Assembly: GCA_030390025.1 (NCBI GenBank)
Contig: CM059432.1
Location: 29,762,001 to 29,826,000, forward strand
Length of the DNA stretch: 64,000 nt
Reading direction: 5' to 3'
Origin: Squalus acanthias
Taxonomy: Eukaryota
Positions 49,420-62,114 of the stretch are shown here, one piece after another. The notes beneath the pieces were generated by a model, which worked only from the letters and a program-made list of their open reading frames with translations, made no database searches and was not told the DNA's origin. Position numbers and translations under genes: made by a program. Each line of letters starts with the position of its first letter. The first letter of the stretch is position 1.

Positions 49420-50710
49420 ACTTAAATGAAGCCTCCCTGCCTGGCTATACCTTCCACCACTTGCCCCGCTCAGACCGCCGTGGTGGCGGTGTGGCTCTCA
49501 TCACCAAATCACACCTTGGTCTGTCCCCCTACTCCTCTGGCACTTCCTTCTCCTTTGAGCATCTCACCTTATTCCACCCCTCTCACCTCTCATTTAAAAT
49601 TCTCGTTCTTTAGTGCCCACCCAAGTACCATAAAAATGTTATTACCGAGATATCTTCACTGCTCTCCTCCCTCAGCCTCTGCACCGAGCGGCTTCTCATC
49701 CTTGGTGAGTTCAACCTCCATCTCAATTCATCATGCTCTCTCTCCTCTGAGTTCACTAACCTCCTATCCTCCCTTAATCTCTCCCTCCATGTAAACTCCC
49801 CAACCCATATTCTCGGCCACCCCCTCGACCTTGCCATCTCATGGCCTTGCTACTCCCATCGTATCAATCGCAGATAGAGCCATCTCTGACCACTTCCTTG
49901 TATCACTCTCCACCCACATCCCCCTTCACCTGCACCCCCACCCACACTACTTTCTTCTGTGTCTGCCCCTGGAAAAAACTCTCTCCCAACTGCACTTACA
50001 AAATCCCAACTGTCCAGTCTTTGGCCCTCCATTCACCATGATATTTCTGCAGATACCGATCTGCTCAACCACACCCTCACCAGCACCTTTGATGCCCTAG
50101 TCCCTATTAAAACAATTACTCTCTCTCACCCTGGCCGTTCCCCCTGGTACGGCCCTCATCTTTACTCCCTTAAGTCCAAGGGACGCAGACTTGAATGGAT
50201 ATGGCGGACAACTGGTTTAGCCAATCACCGCCAGATCTGGCTAGACCACATAAAGCATTATTGGGTCCTGCTCTCGTCTGCCAAAATTGCTCATTATTCC
50301 AGAACCATTCTGGAATGCAAAGATAATCCCTACTTCCATTCTCCACTGCTAACCATCTTCTTAAACCCCTTTCCCCTGTTTCCTCCACCCTCACCTCCGA
50401 CAACAAGTGTGAGGGGCTCATGGACTTCTTTGTCTCTAAGATTGAGACCATCCGTTCAGCTGCCTCTGCCACTTCCCTTCCTTCCCCTAGCCCACAGGGC
50501 CAAACTTGCTCTAAGGTTCCCCCCCTGCCCTAGCCCTGAACTCACATCTTTCTCCAGTTTCTCTCTGATCTCCCCTCATGGCCTCTCTGCGCTGATCTTG
50601 TCCATGAGACCCACTTCCTATTCCCTCGACCCTATTCCCACCAAACTGCTGACCAACCAACTTTCTTTTCTGGTACTGTCCCCCTCTCCCTTAAATCTGC
50701 CGTCCCCATT
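49420..50710 (+). mobile_element. L2 LINE endonuclease-to-RT fragment
   Basis: Pyrimidine-rich, with ISDHFLVS, SPWYGPHL.SLKSKGRRLE.IWRTTGL and LDPIPTKLL motifs. Confidence 0.85.
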
Positions 50711-50754
50711 TTACAATCTTCTCCCTTCCTCACCCGAGAGCTCTGACTCCTTTT

Positions 50755-51050
50755 AGGAACATAGCAACAGGAGTAGGCCATTCAGCCTTGTTCTGCCATT
50801 CAATTAGATCATGGCTGATCTATATCTTAACTCCATCTACTTGCCTTAGTTCCATATCCCTTAATACCCTTTCCTAACAAAAATCTATCAATCTCCGTTT
50901 TTAAATTTACAATTGACCTAGCCTCGGCAGCTTTTGGGGGGAGGGGAAGAGTGTTCCAGATTTCCACTACCCCTTGTATGAGGAAGTGCTTCCTGACATC
51001 ACCCCTGAATGGCTTAGCTCTAATTTTCAGGTTGTGCCCCCTTGTTCTGG
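50755..51050 (-). mobile_element. CR1 3' fragment
   Basis: RTRGHNLKIRAKPFRGDVRKHF plus the tail. Confidence 0.85.
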
Positions 51051-52139
51051 GATACAGTTCCATGGGTGTCATGCACCTCACACACTGGCCTATTCTTCAA
51101 GTGTGTGCCTAGACAGTGGGCATCAGCAGACTATTTTATGCCAGGTTGGCAGAGCTCGTTCAACATGATATTTTAATAGTCCATTCTCTACCAACCATCC
51201 CCTGACAAACAAACAAGTGAGTTCTTTCAGTTACTTATTTGCCTGCCTCACGCTGCTCAGTTAAGAAGTCTCCCGATCACCGGTGTCTGTTTGTAATTAT
51301 TTAACATACAATATTCATCTGAATAATTTATTTTTAAATCTTCGCTGGTAATTTAGAACATTGCACGTCAATATCCCTTCTCACCAATCGTGCAGTGCGA
51401 GCTTTCCACAGATGTCACTGAGCAGCAAGGCACGGAGAGATTGGACACCTAGAGATGGACACCGTTCAAAAAAAAAACAGGAAGGTGGAAATTAACAGTA
51501 TGGTTCCTTGTTTTTTTTTATTAAACGTCCCACAGCTCTCCAGAAGGATCAATGGGTAATTGCACTGTTCAGTGTGTAAATGACCCACAGAGAAGGAAAA
51601 CCCCTAAATAGAAAGACTTGCATTTATTTAGCGCCTTTCAGGATGTCACCATGCCCTTTACAGCCAATGAAGTACTTTTGAAGTGTAGTCACTGTTGTAA
51701 TGTAGGAAACGTGGCAGCAAATTTGTGAACAGCAAGGTCCCGCAAACATCAATGTGATAATGACCAGATAATCTGTTTTAGTGATGTTGGTTGAGGTATA
51801 AATGTTCGCCAGGACACCAGGGAGAACTCAATCTGTGCCGAGTTATTTGATCTGAGCCTTGGTGGCAGTAAGGGTACTATTACACATGGCCTCAAGAGAC
51901 CATGGGTTAGGGAAGGGGGAAATCAAATTAACCAGGATTCCCACTCCCGATTTCTTGCAAGTACACGTGCGGACATGATCAGATCAGCTAAAACAGTGAT
52001 TCACTTTTGTGCCCTTTACTGCTGTTTTGAAGCCATCCACTAGGGGGTGCATGAGACAGTCTCGAATTCTACATCTCTCTGCTAGCCTATTAGCAGTAAA
52101 GTAACTCTGCAATGGAAGTGAGATAAATTGGTATGGGTA

Positions 52140-52410
52140 CGGTAGTGGTTTATGGTACTGGACTAGCACCCAAGGTTATGAGTTCAAATCCCACTTTCTG
52201 CAAGTGGGGAAAATAAATTCAGTAAAACCTAGCACCAGATAAAATAACCATGAAAGCGGCTGGACTGTTGTAATAAGGACAATCCTCAGGTAATTGTTCA
52301 CTAATGTCCTTCAGGGAAGGGAACCTGCAACCATGACCTCATCTGCCCTACGTGTGACCCCAGTCCCACAATTTGTGGTTTACCAGGAGTGGGCAATAAA
52401 TGCCAGTATT
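52140..52410 (+). mobile_element. tRNA-head SINE of a third family
   Basis: gagttcaaatccc B box, ttcactaatgtccttcagggaagg core (also at ~16680-16710 on the minus strand) and gggcaataaatgc tail. Confidence 0.6.
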
Positions 52411-53944
52411 CCTGAGAACAATTTTTTTAAATAACGGTTGTGCTCTAATCCCGTGGGTTTAGGAGAGGGTTTGATCCCACCTGAATGCTGTTACATTCCG
52501 ACGCAAACTGATTATATTATCTGGCTATTGTAGCTGGTGTCTTGCTTTTTACCTTAAAGCAAAAAAATAATGATTTTTGTTTTTCCCATTTGCCCATCAA
52601 CCCCCAAAAAAGTTAAAATTCTGCAGGCAAAATCATCATGTAATCTTATCATGAAACTTGTAATGCTGGTAAATGCTGGTAGAGTGATTGCAGAATTCAT
52701 GCCCCCCCCCACCCCTCTCTCTTATTCTAATGCTCATTTCCCCAGACTGCACAATGTGAATCTGCAGTTTCACCTGCTGTTTAGCTTTTCCACTTCACCC
52801 AAATTTGCTTCCATGTTTAATTTTTTTTGTAGCAAATGAAAAAGCATCGATACCATCAATTGGGGTCCAAATGAAAAATGGTTTAAAAAGTTACAAAAAC
52901 CAAAACTCCTATTTGTACAATAAACCCAGACTAAAAGGCGATACCTATTATAGATGCAAGCAGATCTCCAGTGGGGTTGAGCAGTTGCTAATCTGGTCTG
53001 CTTTAAGGCCACTCCTTTAAAATTCAGGTAATTGTAGCACTTGGAAATTGCTGAGGTCAGAGGGCAATTGTAATTACTGGTAAATTTCAGGATGCTGGTC
53101 AGTCATTTACTTTTTTTTTTATTTGTTCTGTAACAAAGTCTGGTGTGTGATTGGCATGAATAGAAGTATAGATGTGACTTAATTCTCAGCTTATTACTAT
53201 TTATCGTGATCATACAACGAGTGATTAGTTTAGAAGGATGCAGCCATTAGTACAGGCAACAACATTTGCCAACAGGCCCTGTTTCTCGCCTTAACATCCA
53301 CCATCAACAAAATAAAGTGTTCCAAACTTAATAAGACCCCCTCATTCTGCTTAGTGTATATAATGTATTACAAGAAGAGTCCCAGATTGGCTTTCATCTC
53401 CTAATTAGAGTGTTTTCATGTTTTCCTCACTGCAAGATTACTGACTGAAATTCACTCCTCACAGGTTCATTATTCTCTAAGTAATTAATGCCAAGAGACA
53501 GTTATTCTGCATGGACCTCGTCCCCAGGTATCGGCTACTCTGAGTAACTCACTCCCAGGTGCCCATTATGCATCCCCGAGTACCCATTACACTCTCAACA
53601 CTATTGGATAGACTGACAGGGCCCAGCCTATCCAAACCTCAAGTCCCAGTTAATGGTGCGTTTTCAGAATTCCACAATAACTGGGAGCCACGCTGTGGTC
53701 TGAGTTAATAGTAGCATATTCAGAGAACACTAAGGAATTCTAACTTTTAGTTACAGATAGTGTGTCATGTGCAGCTGCTGCTTTCAAACTGCAGGGAGAC
53801 TAGGCTACACGAGGTAATCACAGATGGATTGTTAGAACATCTTGCCAGTGAAACATCAATTAAAGCGGCCTTAGAAACTCCTTCTGCAGCCGGCTTTTTT
53901 TTTTTGGAAGGGCAGTGGGTGGGGGAGGGAAGCGTGCTGCCTAC

Positions 53945-54255
53945 AGTGGGTAACTCAGTAAATGCACGGCCACAGAGCAGAAAGGTCCCAGGCTCAATCC
54001 CCAACCTGCACCAAATTAGCTGCTCTTAAATCAGGGCAGCAGATGGGGGCTGCCGCAATGTGCCTCAGCATCCCGAGGCTACACCGAGTGAAATATATAT
54101 GGTGTATATGCTAGTGCCCCTGATCACTATCCAGTTGACTTCTACTAGAAAAACAGAGGGGTATATGGACAAGGCGCGGACAGGAGTGGGTTGGACAGTG
54201 ATGCTCCTACAGTCAAATAGCCCTGCTGACACATGAAGAATGCCCACTTGGGCGA
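53945..54255 (+). mobile_element. Old tRNA-head SINE family (other copies ~15920-16135, 22590-22800, 42430-42740, 45340-45640)
   Basis: ggtcccaggctcaatccc...cctgatcactatccag...tgatgctcc..cagtcaaatagcc..atgaagaatg recurs across the window. Confidence 0.55.
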
Positions 54256-56759
54256 CACAATGTGACAACTGTATCCCAGAAAAATTCAGTATATTCCTGA
54301 GAGAAGGAAAGTTCAAGCAGGGAGCAGCAGCAGAGAGTCGAGGCCAGCTCGCACCAGTCTTGACAAGGCTGTTACAAAAAGACTTTCCACCGAATATTGT
54401 GAAAAATACATAATTCTCTATACATTCAGATCTAAAACTTCACTATTATATTCCTCTAATAAGCTATTCTTCTCAGCAGCGAACAGATCCGATAAAATGT
54501 AATTTGTCAAAATCACTACAGTTTTTAAAGACGCAAATTAGCAGATTTTCTTTTCAATTGGACATCCCGTTTGATCACTTGCTCTTTGCCTCCGCTCCAC
54601 CCCATCCTCTGCTCTGCAATGCTGTGCAAAATGCCGCTTGCGCTCTTCATCGCTGCTCGAATGGAGTCATCAACTCGGCCAGATTGTTCTGGCGTCACCG
54701 AGAATCTCTCCACTCCACTCACCAACCACCCCCCCCCCCAACCCCCACCTTTCCAATTTGCTTCCTGATGTACATGAACCTGGATTGAGAGCTGCGTAGG
54801 TTTTTTTTTTTTTTAAATTATTACGCTGAGCTTTGCAATTCTGTGCTCAGGACGCAAATAGTCTCATCATCATGCAGTAGGTGAATCAACCAACCACTTC
54901 AGTGCTGGGGTGGAAGGTAGGGCACACAAGGTGCGTCAGAGAATTTAAAGCCTCAAGTTTAATTTTAAAATTAATTAAAAAAAATAATTTTAAACTTATT
55001 TGCTTTTTTAAGACAACTATGAGAATGCTGACAGAAGGAAGTGCTGTCACAATCTTTTGCTAATTTTCTTGCACCTCTCCACCATAATATGCAAACTCAA
55101 GTCACTGGAGCAAGCGCTCGCTATTCCCTCCCTTGAATCCCAGTCCTTTTCGTTTTATAGTAAAATTATACTGCTCATGTGGGTTTTTTTTTTTAAACTC
55201 AATTTACTGGTACATTTTTCCTTTTTTAAAAAAGCTTTGTTAAATTAGTCCATGCATTTCAGCCCCCTCCATTCTGCATTCCCATTCCTATGCAAACAAT
55301 AGGCTCAAACGAAAAGCAGCTCGTGCAAAAAGGAGACAGCTAAAATGGCTAGAAATGGCAATTTGCGCCCTTCCCGCATGATTGCGTTCTCCCCACATGA
55401 TTGCCTTCTCAAGTGTAAGGATTTAAATATGTTTAAAAGAAGGGGTGATATAACTAGTGATTAAGGGTAAGCAAGACCGGAGTATGAAATCTATCCCATG
55501 GTATATCAAACGCACAGAGTGTCTTACTTGTCCTGCCTGGGTTTTTGGGTCATTTTATTTAAATTCTCATGCTGAATCATGAGGATGAGCACAAATGTCC
55601 AGTTCTGCCCTGACTGCAGCCGTTTCTCTGATTAACCATCGAGTGCTGTTTGTGCATTTCTACACCTCTCCCCACCCACCCCAGGACAAAAAAAAATCGT
55701 ATAGGAGGTTATGTTAGTCCAAGCTGCGGCAATTCCTGAGGCAATGAGACTAAACACCACAGATATGGAGGCTTCAACACCAAAAGAAATGCACTTTGAA
55801 CTTGCAGCCAAAGAGTTACCCTTCTCCCCCTTTCTCCCTATGTTCAAGTTCCGGTGGAACATGAAACAGATTGAAACACTCAGCCTAGGATGCGTAGCCA
55901 CTGGCATAGGTTGGTCCTCAACTCAAATTATCTGACAAGTGATGACTCGATATTTTTTTTAAAGCACTGAATACCCACTTTATTCAAGTTCTTCAATAAT
56001 TCAAATTTTAGTGCAACAAAAAACAGACTGAATTATCAGGCGTAAACTGCAGGTGAATTACCTTGTATCTATGCACACAATGAAATCAACAATCACTCCC
56101 CATGAATTGCTTAATTTAAAAAAAAATGTATTCGGTTTAAAAACACTACTGCAATTCATGCAATGCTCAGCTGTACCCAAGTAAGTAATGCATTCCCCTC
56201 TCTTTCTCACACAATCTCTCTCGGCAGAACACAAGAAGCCGGTTCTATTGCACAAGCAGGACATTCAATAAAGTCACCTTGCTGAATTCAAGTTAAAATA
56301 AACTGATCACCGGATAATGTTTCTCAATGATAAAAGCTCCAGACTCAGAAGGGCGGGCCGGAATCCCGCAAAAAAGGAGAGCGCGCCCCTAACGAAACGC
56401 AAGCAGGAGGAGCGCGAGAGCCTGCGATGGCTGCTCCTCGAGCGGTCATGAAGCATGCAGCAAGGCAGTGTCTAAATTGAAAGCTGCCGGTTTAACGTCC
56501 GAACCCCCCCCCGCAGGCTTGTTTTGGAAGCAAGCGGGACGGAAAAGACCGGCTCCTTTGGACATTGGTAACAGCTCCAGGCCCAACAGTCATGCGGGCA
56601 GACAATGCCAATCTGTCTTACTGAGGGTGACTTGCAATTTAAACAAACTGGAAATGAGAGGCAACAAAAAAGAAAAATCGGAACAATTTCAGTTGAGTTT
56701 AGATTGCATTGTAAAATTTCTGCACACAGGAAAAAATCTGCATTTTTTTTTTAAAAAAG

Positions 56760-59048
56760 CATTTTATTAGAGAATAAACACGTACAGATTACTCTGCGAT
56801 TCAGCTCTTTTTATTTCTCGAATTTGTTGCAAGCGGCAGCAAACGGGGATGAGGGGGGGGGAAAAAACAATTCTCTCGCGCAGGTTTTAGGAATCTGACA
56901 CCCGCGGTGCTAATTTTGCCCTTACATAAAACGCAGCGATAGAATGAAGCTGTTAAGTCATTTTTGGTGTCATTCAAAAACAGAGTGAACATGCAGCATC
57001 AATCGGAAAAACCGGATCCTCGCTCCCTTGGCCGGGGGAGGAAAAAAAAATTTTTTTTTTTTTTCCAATGAAACATTCAGTTGACAAAATTTCTGTAATT
57101 TTAAAGAATCCGTATTGCTTTATATAAATATAGATGACACGGCAATGTACAGTACTGCACCTGCCTCACTGGATTTCACTCTTTTTTAGAATGACTTTGA
57201 ATCACCCGTTTTCATCGGTTCCCATCATTCTTCTCTTCTTTTTCCCCTCCTATTAACAGTAACCCGTTCTAGAATCTTCTCATTCACAACTGTTCCATTT
57301 GCCTTTTTGACCCCCCCCCCCCCCCCCCCCCCCCAACCACCCCACAGACAATAAAGCTTGTGGGTGGCTGGGGCAAGGGGAGGAAACAATACTGATTTCT
57401 GCTTTTCCAAACCAGATGACATTTCATTTATAACCATACTTTTTAATTATAAAGCACTTGGATCTTTTGAACCCATGTAAAAAAAAATTTAGTGGAATTT
57501 CTAAACCAAATTTTTTTTTTTTTTAAATCAGCAAGTCTTCCAGAAATTTCTGCAATGGCTCGAGAGCTCAATAACTTATTATCTTTTGCGACTGGATTCC
57601 AGGAATACCTGCTTTTCACTTAAGAGCCCAAGGATCTCCCTTAAACAAACCCGGGATGCGCTTACCAATATACGGCTCCAGACAGTGTTAACCTTTCTTG
57701 CCCCCTCCCACCGCCCCCCCCCCAGGTACGGATTCTCCCTCCCCCGACAAATCAAGGAGCAATTTCCTACAAAGGCCATTGCTCCGCAACGATGGGAATT
57801 ATTCAATTCTATCCGATTTAAAACAAAGCCCACCATCACCTTTAAAACCTGAGCAATTTCCTTCCAAATTCCCGCTTTCCCCTCCCTCCACCCCCCCCCA
57901 CCCCCCGTCTCCAACCCAAGACTAAAACAGCAATCATCTCAATAATTCTAATAAGTTAAAAACAAAAGTTTAAAAAAAACATAAGCCTTATTTATAAAAC
58001 AAATTCGGCTTCTGATAGTGCAGTAGGCTTTTTATCTTTTTTATCTACATTATTAAATGATTTTTGTTTTCATTTCTTTACATTATCTGCATGCTCTTAA
58101 TTATAAAGTTCTTTTAAGACTCGATCAAGCAAAATATAGGCTCAAAAAAAAAAATGGAGAAAAAGGCAGATACCTAAACCATTCTATGTACAGGTACAAT
58201 GCAGTTAAATATTCAAGTCGTTTAAATTTTTCCCCCAAATCTGGCTTTATACAGTTTTTTTTTTTTTTAAATGGAAAACGTAGGATGATAATGCAAAAAG
58301 AAACTACAGCAGCGGCACTCGACCCATGTAATCGCTGGGGTAAGATCACTTGCAAAGTCATGTCTCCCATTATTTCCCCCTACTCTGTTGCGGGACATTT
58401 ACAGCTGCATTTCCACACGTTAAGTTATTATTCCAGAACGCAGCCATTTTTAATCCCCTTGTTGCTCTCTAATGATGCTCGGAAATGAAGAAAAATTAAA
58501 ATTAAAACCAGGAGCCATGCTTTTTTTTCCCCCTCCCAACAGGACTGGGTACAAAAAAGAGAAAGTACTTTAAACGCCATACATGTCCAGCATGCAGGAT
58601 TGGTTTTAAAAAGTCCACATTTGTTTGAAACTCACAATTTTTTTGTAACATGTCTCTTGTGATTCAAAGTCAGTTTTTGCCCCTGTAAAGTTCTTTTTCC
58701 TTTTTAAATATATTTCTCATTTTAGCTCATTTCTCTCTCCTCTTTCTCCTTACTGGATTTGTAAGTTTTTTTTCCCTGTTAAATATATCTTTCACCAGCA
58801 AACGTTTTTGACTTCCATTCTTCAGGATTGTACTCTTCTGAAATGAGTCTGTAACATTCCCCCATATCAAACAAAACTCAAAGCATCTGCAGAATATGTC
58901 CCACATAATTGTCTTTTTCAAATTATTTACATAGTCTTTCCACCCCCCCCCTCTTCTAAAAGGATTTGTACACTAAGTTGAAGTCACATCAAAAGTGTTT
59001 CTCGCCCCCTTTTGGTTTTCCTTTTTCCTAGTTTGAGTGCATTCCAAC
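56760..59048 (-). other. Probable MAFA 3' UTR (end uncertain)
   Basis: AT-rich, repeat-free, homopolymer-rich sequence directly after the stop codon. Minus-strand AATAAA candidates at 56810-56815 and 56763-56768. Confidence 0.45.
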
Positions 59049-59888
59049 TCACATGAAGAACTCGTTGGAAGAGGGATTGTTTTTGCCAGGGTTGGAGGAG
59101 GCCGGTGCCGGCTCCCTGTAGCTCCTGCTTGCCATCTTCTCGTACTTCTCCTTGTAGACGTCCCTCTCTTTGGCCAGCCTTGCCACCTCTTGCTTGAGCT
59201 GGTCTACCTGCTGCTGGAGGAGGGACTTCTCGCTCTCCAGCATGTGCCGCTGCTGGACCCTCTTGTACCTGCAGGACTGAGCGTAGCCTCGGTTCTTCAA
59301 GGTCCTCCTCTTCTGCTTGAGGCGGATGACCTCCTCCTTGCTAAAGCCCCGTAACTGCCTGTTGAGCTCCCTCACCGACATACTGACCAGCTGGTCGTCG
59401 GAGAAGCGATCCTCCAGGCGCAAGTGGTGGTGGTGGTGGTGGTGGTGCGGCGGGGCTTGGTGTTGGTGGTGCCCGTTGATGGGCATCTCCTCCCCGGGGT
59501 ACTGCTGCGCCCTGTAGCCCTCGAAGTGGTGGTGGTGGTGGCTTTGAGAGCTGCCGATCAGAGCCTCCACGGCATCCTCGGGGGTCAGGTTGAGAGCCTC
59601 GGGGTTGAGGTGGTGCTGGTAGTTGCTGATCCAGTAGAGGTCCTCCAGGTGATGCGCCTTGTTACTGCTGCCCGGGCTGGGGGCGCACAGGCTGGGCGAG
59701 GAGGGCACCGAGCTGCACGGGGTGCTGATCGGGGTGGAGGAGAGCGAGCCCGAGATGCGGTTGCAGTAGCGCTCGGCTTCGGGAGGCTCCTTCTTCACCT
59801 CGAACTTCATGAGGTCGAAGTCGTTCACGTACTCGATGGCCAAGGGGCTGGTGGGCAGGTCCGCGCTCATGCCGAGGTCGGAGGCCAT
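59049..59888 (-). CDS. MAFA: Transcription factor MafA (large Maf bZIP), 279 aa, uninterrupted ORF
   Basis: N-terminal [29 protein letters not shown], the S/T-P run [18 protein letters not shown], the motif [29 protein letters not shown], His tracts, the extended homology region [50 protein letters not shown] and a leucine zipper. The LAIEY, EPPEAER and [12 protein letters not shown] residues fit MafA better than c-Maf, MafB or Nrl. Strong Kozak context (gcaATGg) and GC-rich codons. Confidence 0.95.
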   Translation of the reverse strand: MASDLGMSADLPTSPLAIEYVNDFDLMKFEVKKEPPEAERYCNRISGSLSSTPISTPCSSVPSSPSLCAPSPGSSNKAHHLEDLYWISNYQHHLNPEALNLTPEDAVEALIGSSQSHHHHHFEGYRAQQYPGEEMPINGHHQHQAPPHHHHHHHHLRLEDRFSDDQLVSMSVRELNRQLRGFSKEEVIRLKQKRRTLKNRGYAQSCRYKRVQQRHMLESEKSLLQQQVDQLKQEVARLAKERDVYKEKYEKMASRSYREPAPASSNPGKNNPSSNEFFM

Positions 59889-60639
59889 TGCAAGTTCATA
59901 TACTTAGGAGAGAGACAGAGGGAGAACCAGACAAACACAACGCAGACAAGTTGAGAGAGAGAGAGGAGGGAGCAGGGGGCTCCGATCTCCAAACACTGGG
60001 TGGTGGGGCTGAGCACAGCCGGGATGGAGTCGCTCTATCCCAGGGTGTTGCACCCCTGCTCAGTCCTGAAAAGAATCTTCCAAGTCAAACTCCCTTCCAA
60101 TTTTCTTCCTACGGCATGCAAAAAAAAATCCAATTAAAATTAAGTTTTTTTTTAACCCTGTATAGAAGGGAGTGAGATGCCTCTTATTTGTGCATGCGGA
60201 AACTTGGCTTAAAATTACTTTTTTAAAAAGACGATTAGATTTCTCAAGAGCTTTCCCTGTCTTATCTGGAACGGTAGCTGTTTGCAGTTAACTCTTCTGA
60301 ATGGCTTTATTCTTTTTCCCTCACTCACTTTTCGTTGCTGTCCTGTTGCAAAGTTTCTCCTCTGCAAAGATTTCGTTTCTTGCTCCCACTTGTCAGGAAA
60401 ACTTTCAGATGGAGCGTCCGGGTAATGATCCAGTGCAAATCTCAAGGTGTGTTTCCCGTTGGTTCCCCTTCCTTTCTCAAGAAGGGCAGAGTTCTTGCAT
60501 CCGTGCAGAATGGACACAATGCGCCGCTTTCAATAATTAATAAATAATTTAACTCCCACCGCGGCTGCGTTTTGAATTGAAAGTGTCACTTGGAGCTTTT
60601 TGCACTATTATTGTTACTCTCCCTCTCTCCTCGCCCAAC

Positions 60640-60850
60640 CCTGAGTGAAATAGCTCCCAGGGCTCAAAGAGCTCCCTTTTATACACCCCGGCTCATCGTC
60701 ACGCCCACAAAGGGGTGTGCGATGTCACCCGTCACCAATAGGAAACCTCTCCGGCGGATTGATTTGCATTACACCATAGCGACCGCCGCCGGAGAATGGG
60801 GAGGGGAGCTGTCAATCACTCCATCCATCGCTCGATCAATCAATCAACCG
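60640..60850 (-). promoter_or_regulatory. MAFA proximal promoter
   Basis: TATAAAA on the minus strand at 60677-60683, CCAAT 60735-60739, octamer ATTTGCAT 60762-60769, PBX-MEIS decamer TGATTGACAG (minus) 60809-60818 and ATCAATCA repeats 60835-60846, in a CpG-rich context. Implied start site ~60650. Confidence 0.7.
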
Positions 60851-62114
60851 GGACAGAGCAACAACTCCCTCTGTCTGCAACAAGGCTTCGAGGGGAGGGG
60901 AGAATAATCTGCAATTAATTTTCGGAGGATTCTGAAGAATCCCATTTTTGAAATGATAAATTAAGTTAATTTACGGAAAAATCATGAGCTGAAAAGTGTT
61001 GAATCTGGTTGAATCTCGCAGAGATTGATTGGAAAAGCAATTTTTCGTCGATTCAAAGCTGCAGGGGACTGAGTACAGAAATTTTGTAACTAATCTGCTC
61101 CTTTCTTAAATTATATTCCCTTATTTTTCCCATTTAGGAATCAACTCTGAAATTATAGTAATTCAACTTGTTCTATTAAACGCACTTTTTCTATTAATTA
61201 CATCACTAAATGTAATTAAAATATCATAAAATATCTAAAATTCTAACTTGATTCATTTCTGGAGAACGTGCTATATAATACTTAAGCTAATACTTACGAT
61301 GGTGGTTAAAAATGTGACTGTTTGCAATCTGTCTTCTTCCTCTTCCCACCATTATTCAGGAGCACACGTGGATATAGACTGGGAAGTGTCTTTTCAGTGA
61401 TTTGTATTAATTAGGGATTGGGTTGAGAGGGCTGGAGGGTGTCGCACAGAAAGATTGCTTTTAATTAAAGTGAATTTTATAACACAAATCAATATGTAAC
61501 TACCCTGGCATTAGAAATAAAAAAATAATACAGAGCTATTTACATGATTAATATTATCTTATTATTGCTAGCCTGCAACTTTCTCATTTTATCCTAATAT
61601 TCTCTCTTGCTCTCCTCAAGGTGCTGATGGGATATTGGCCACCATCTGGGTCCTTGGCCAAAAGACTAGAGAGTGAGCACCAGCAATTTATTAGACTGTA
61701 GGGAGGGGGACATCCTCAAAATGAATAAATAAAAATCCTCATCCAATATTCACATGTTCACGTTCCAGCAGGGTTCACTGAATGGCGATCGGGAACGAAA
61801 AGTAACAATTTATACGACTATTGCACCCTTAGGATGTCCCATAACACTTTTACAATGAACAGATTAATTTTGAAGTGCAGTCACTATTGTTATGTGAGCA
61901 AATGCAGCAGCCAAGTTGTGCACAGCAAGATCCCACAAACAACGACGTGTATTTATATAGTGCCTTTAACGTAGTAAAATGTTCCAAGGCGCTTCACAGG
62001 AGTGTTATAAGACAAAAAATTGACACCGAGCCACATAAGAAATTAGGGCAGATGACCAATAGCTTGGTGAAAGAGGTAGGTTTTAAGGAGCGTCTTAAAG
62101 GAGGAAAGCGAGGT

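Noticed and set aside
59049..59080. C-terminus PSSNEFFM resembling c-Maf
   Set aside because: The N-terminal and central diagnostic residues fit MafA; the tail is probably a shared ancestral large-Maf feature. A phylogeny would settle it.
59037..59954. Plus-strand ORFs of 105, 66 and 176 aa overlapping MAFA
   Set aside because: Antisense shadows of a GC-rich coding sequence.
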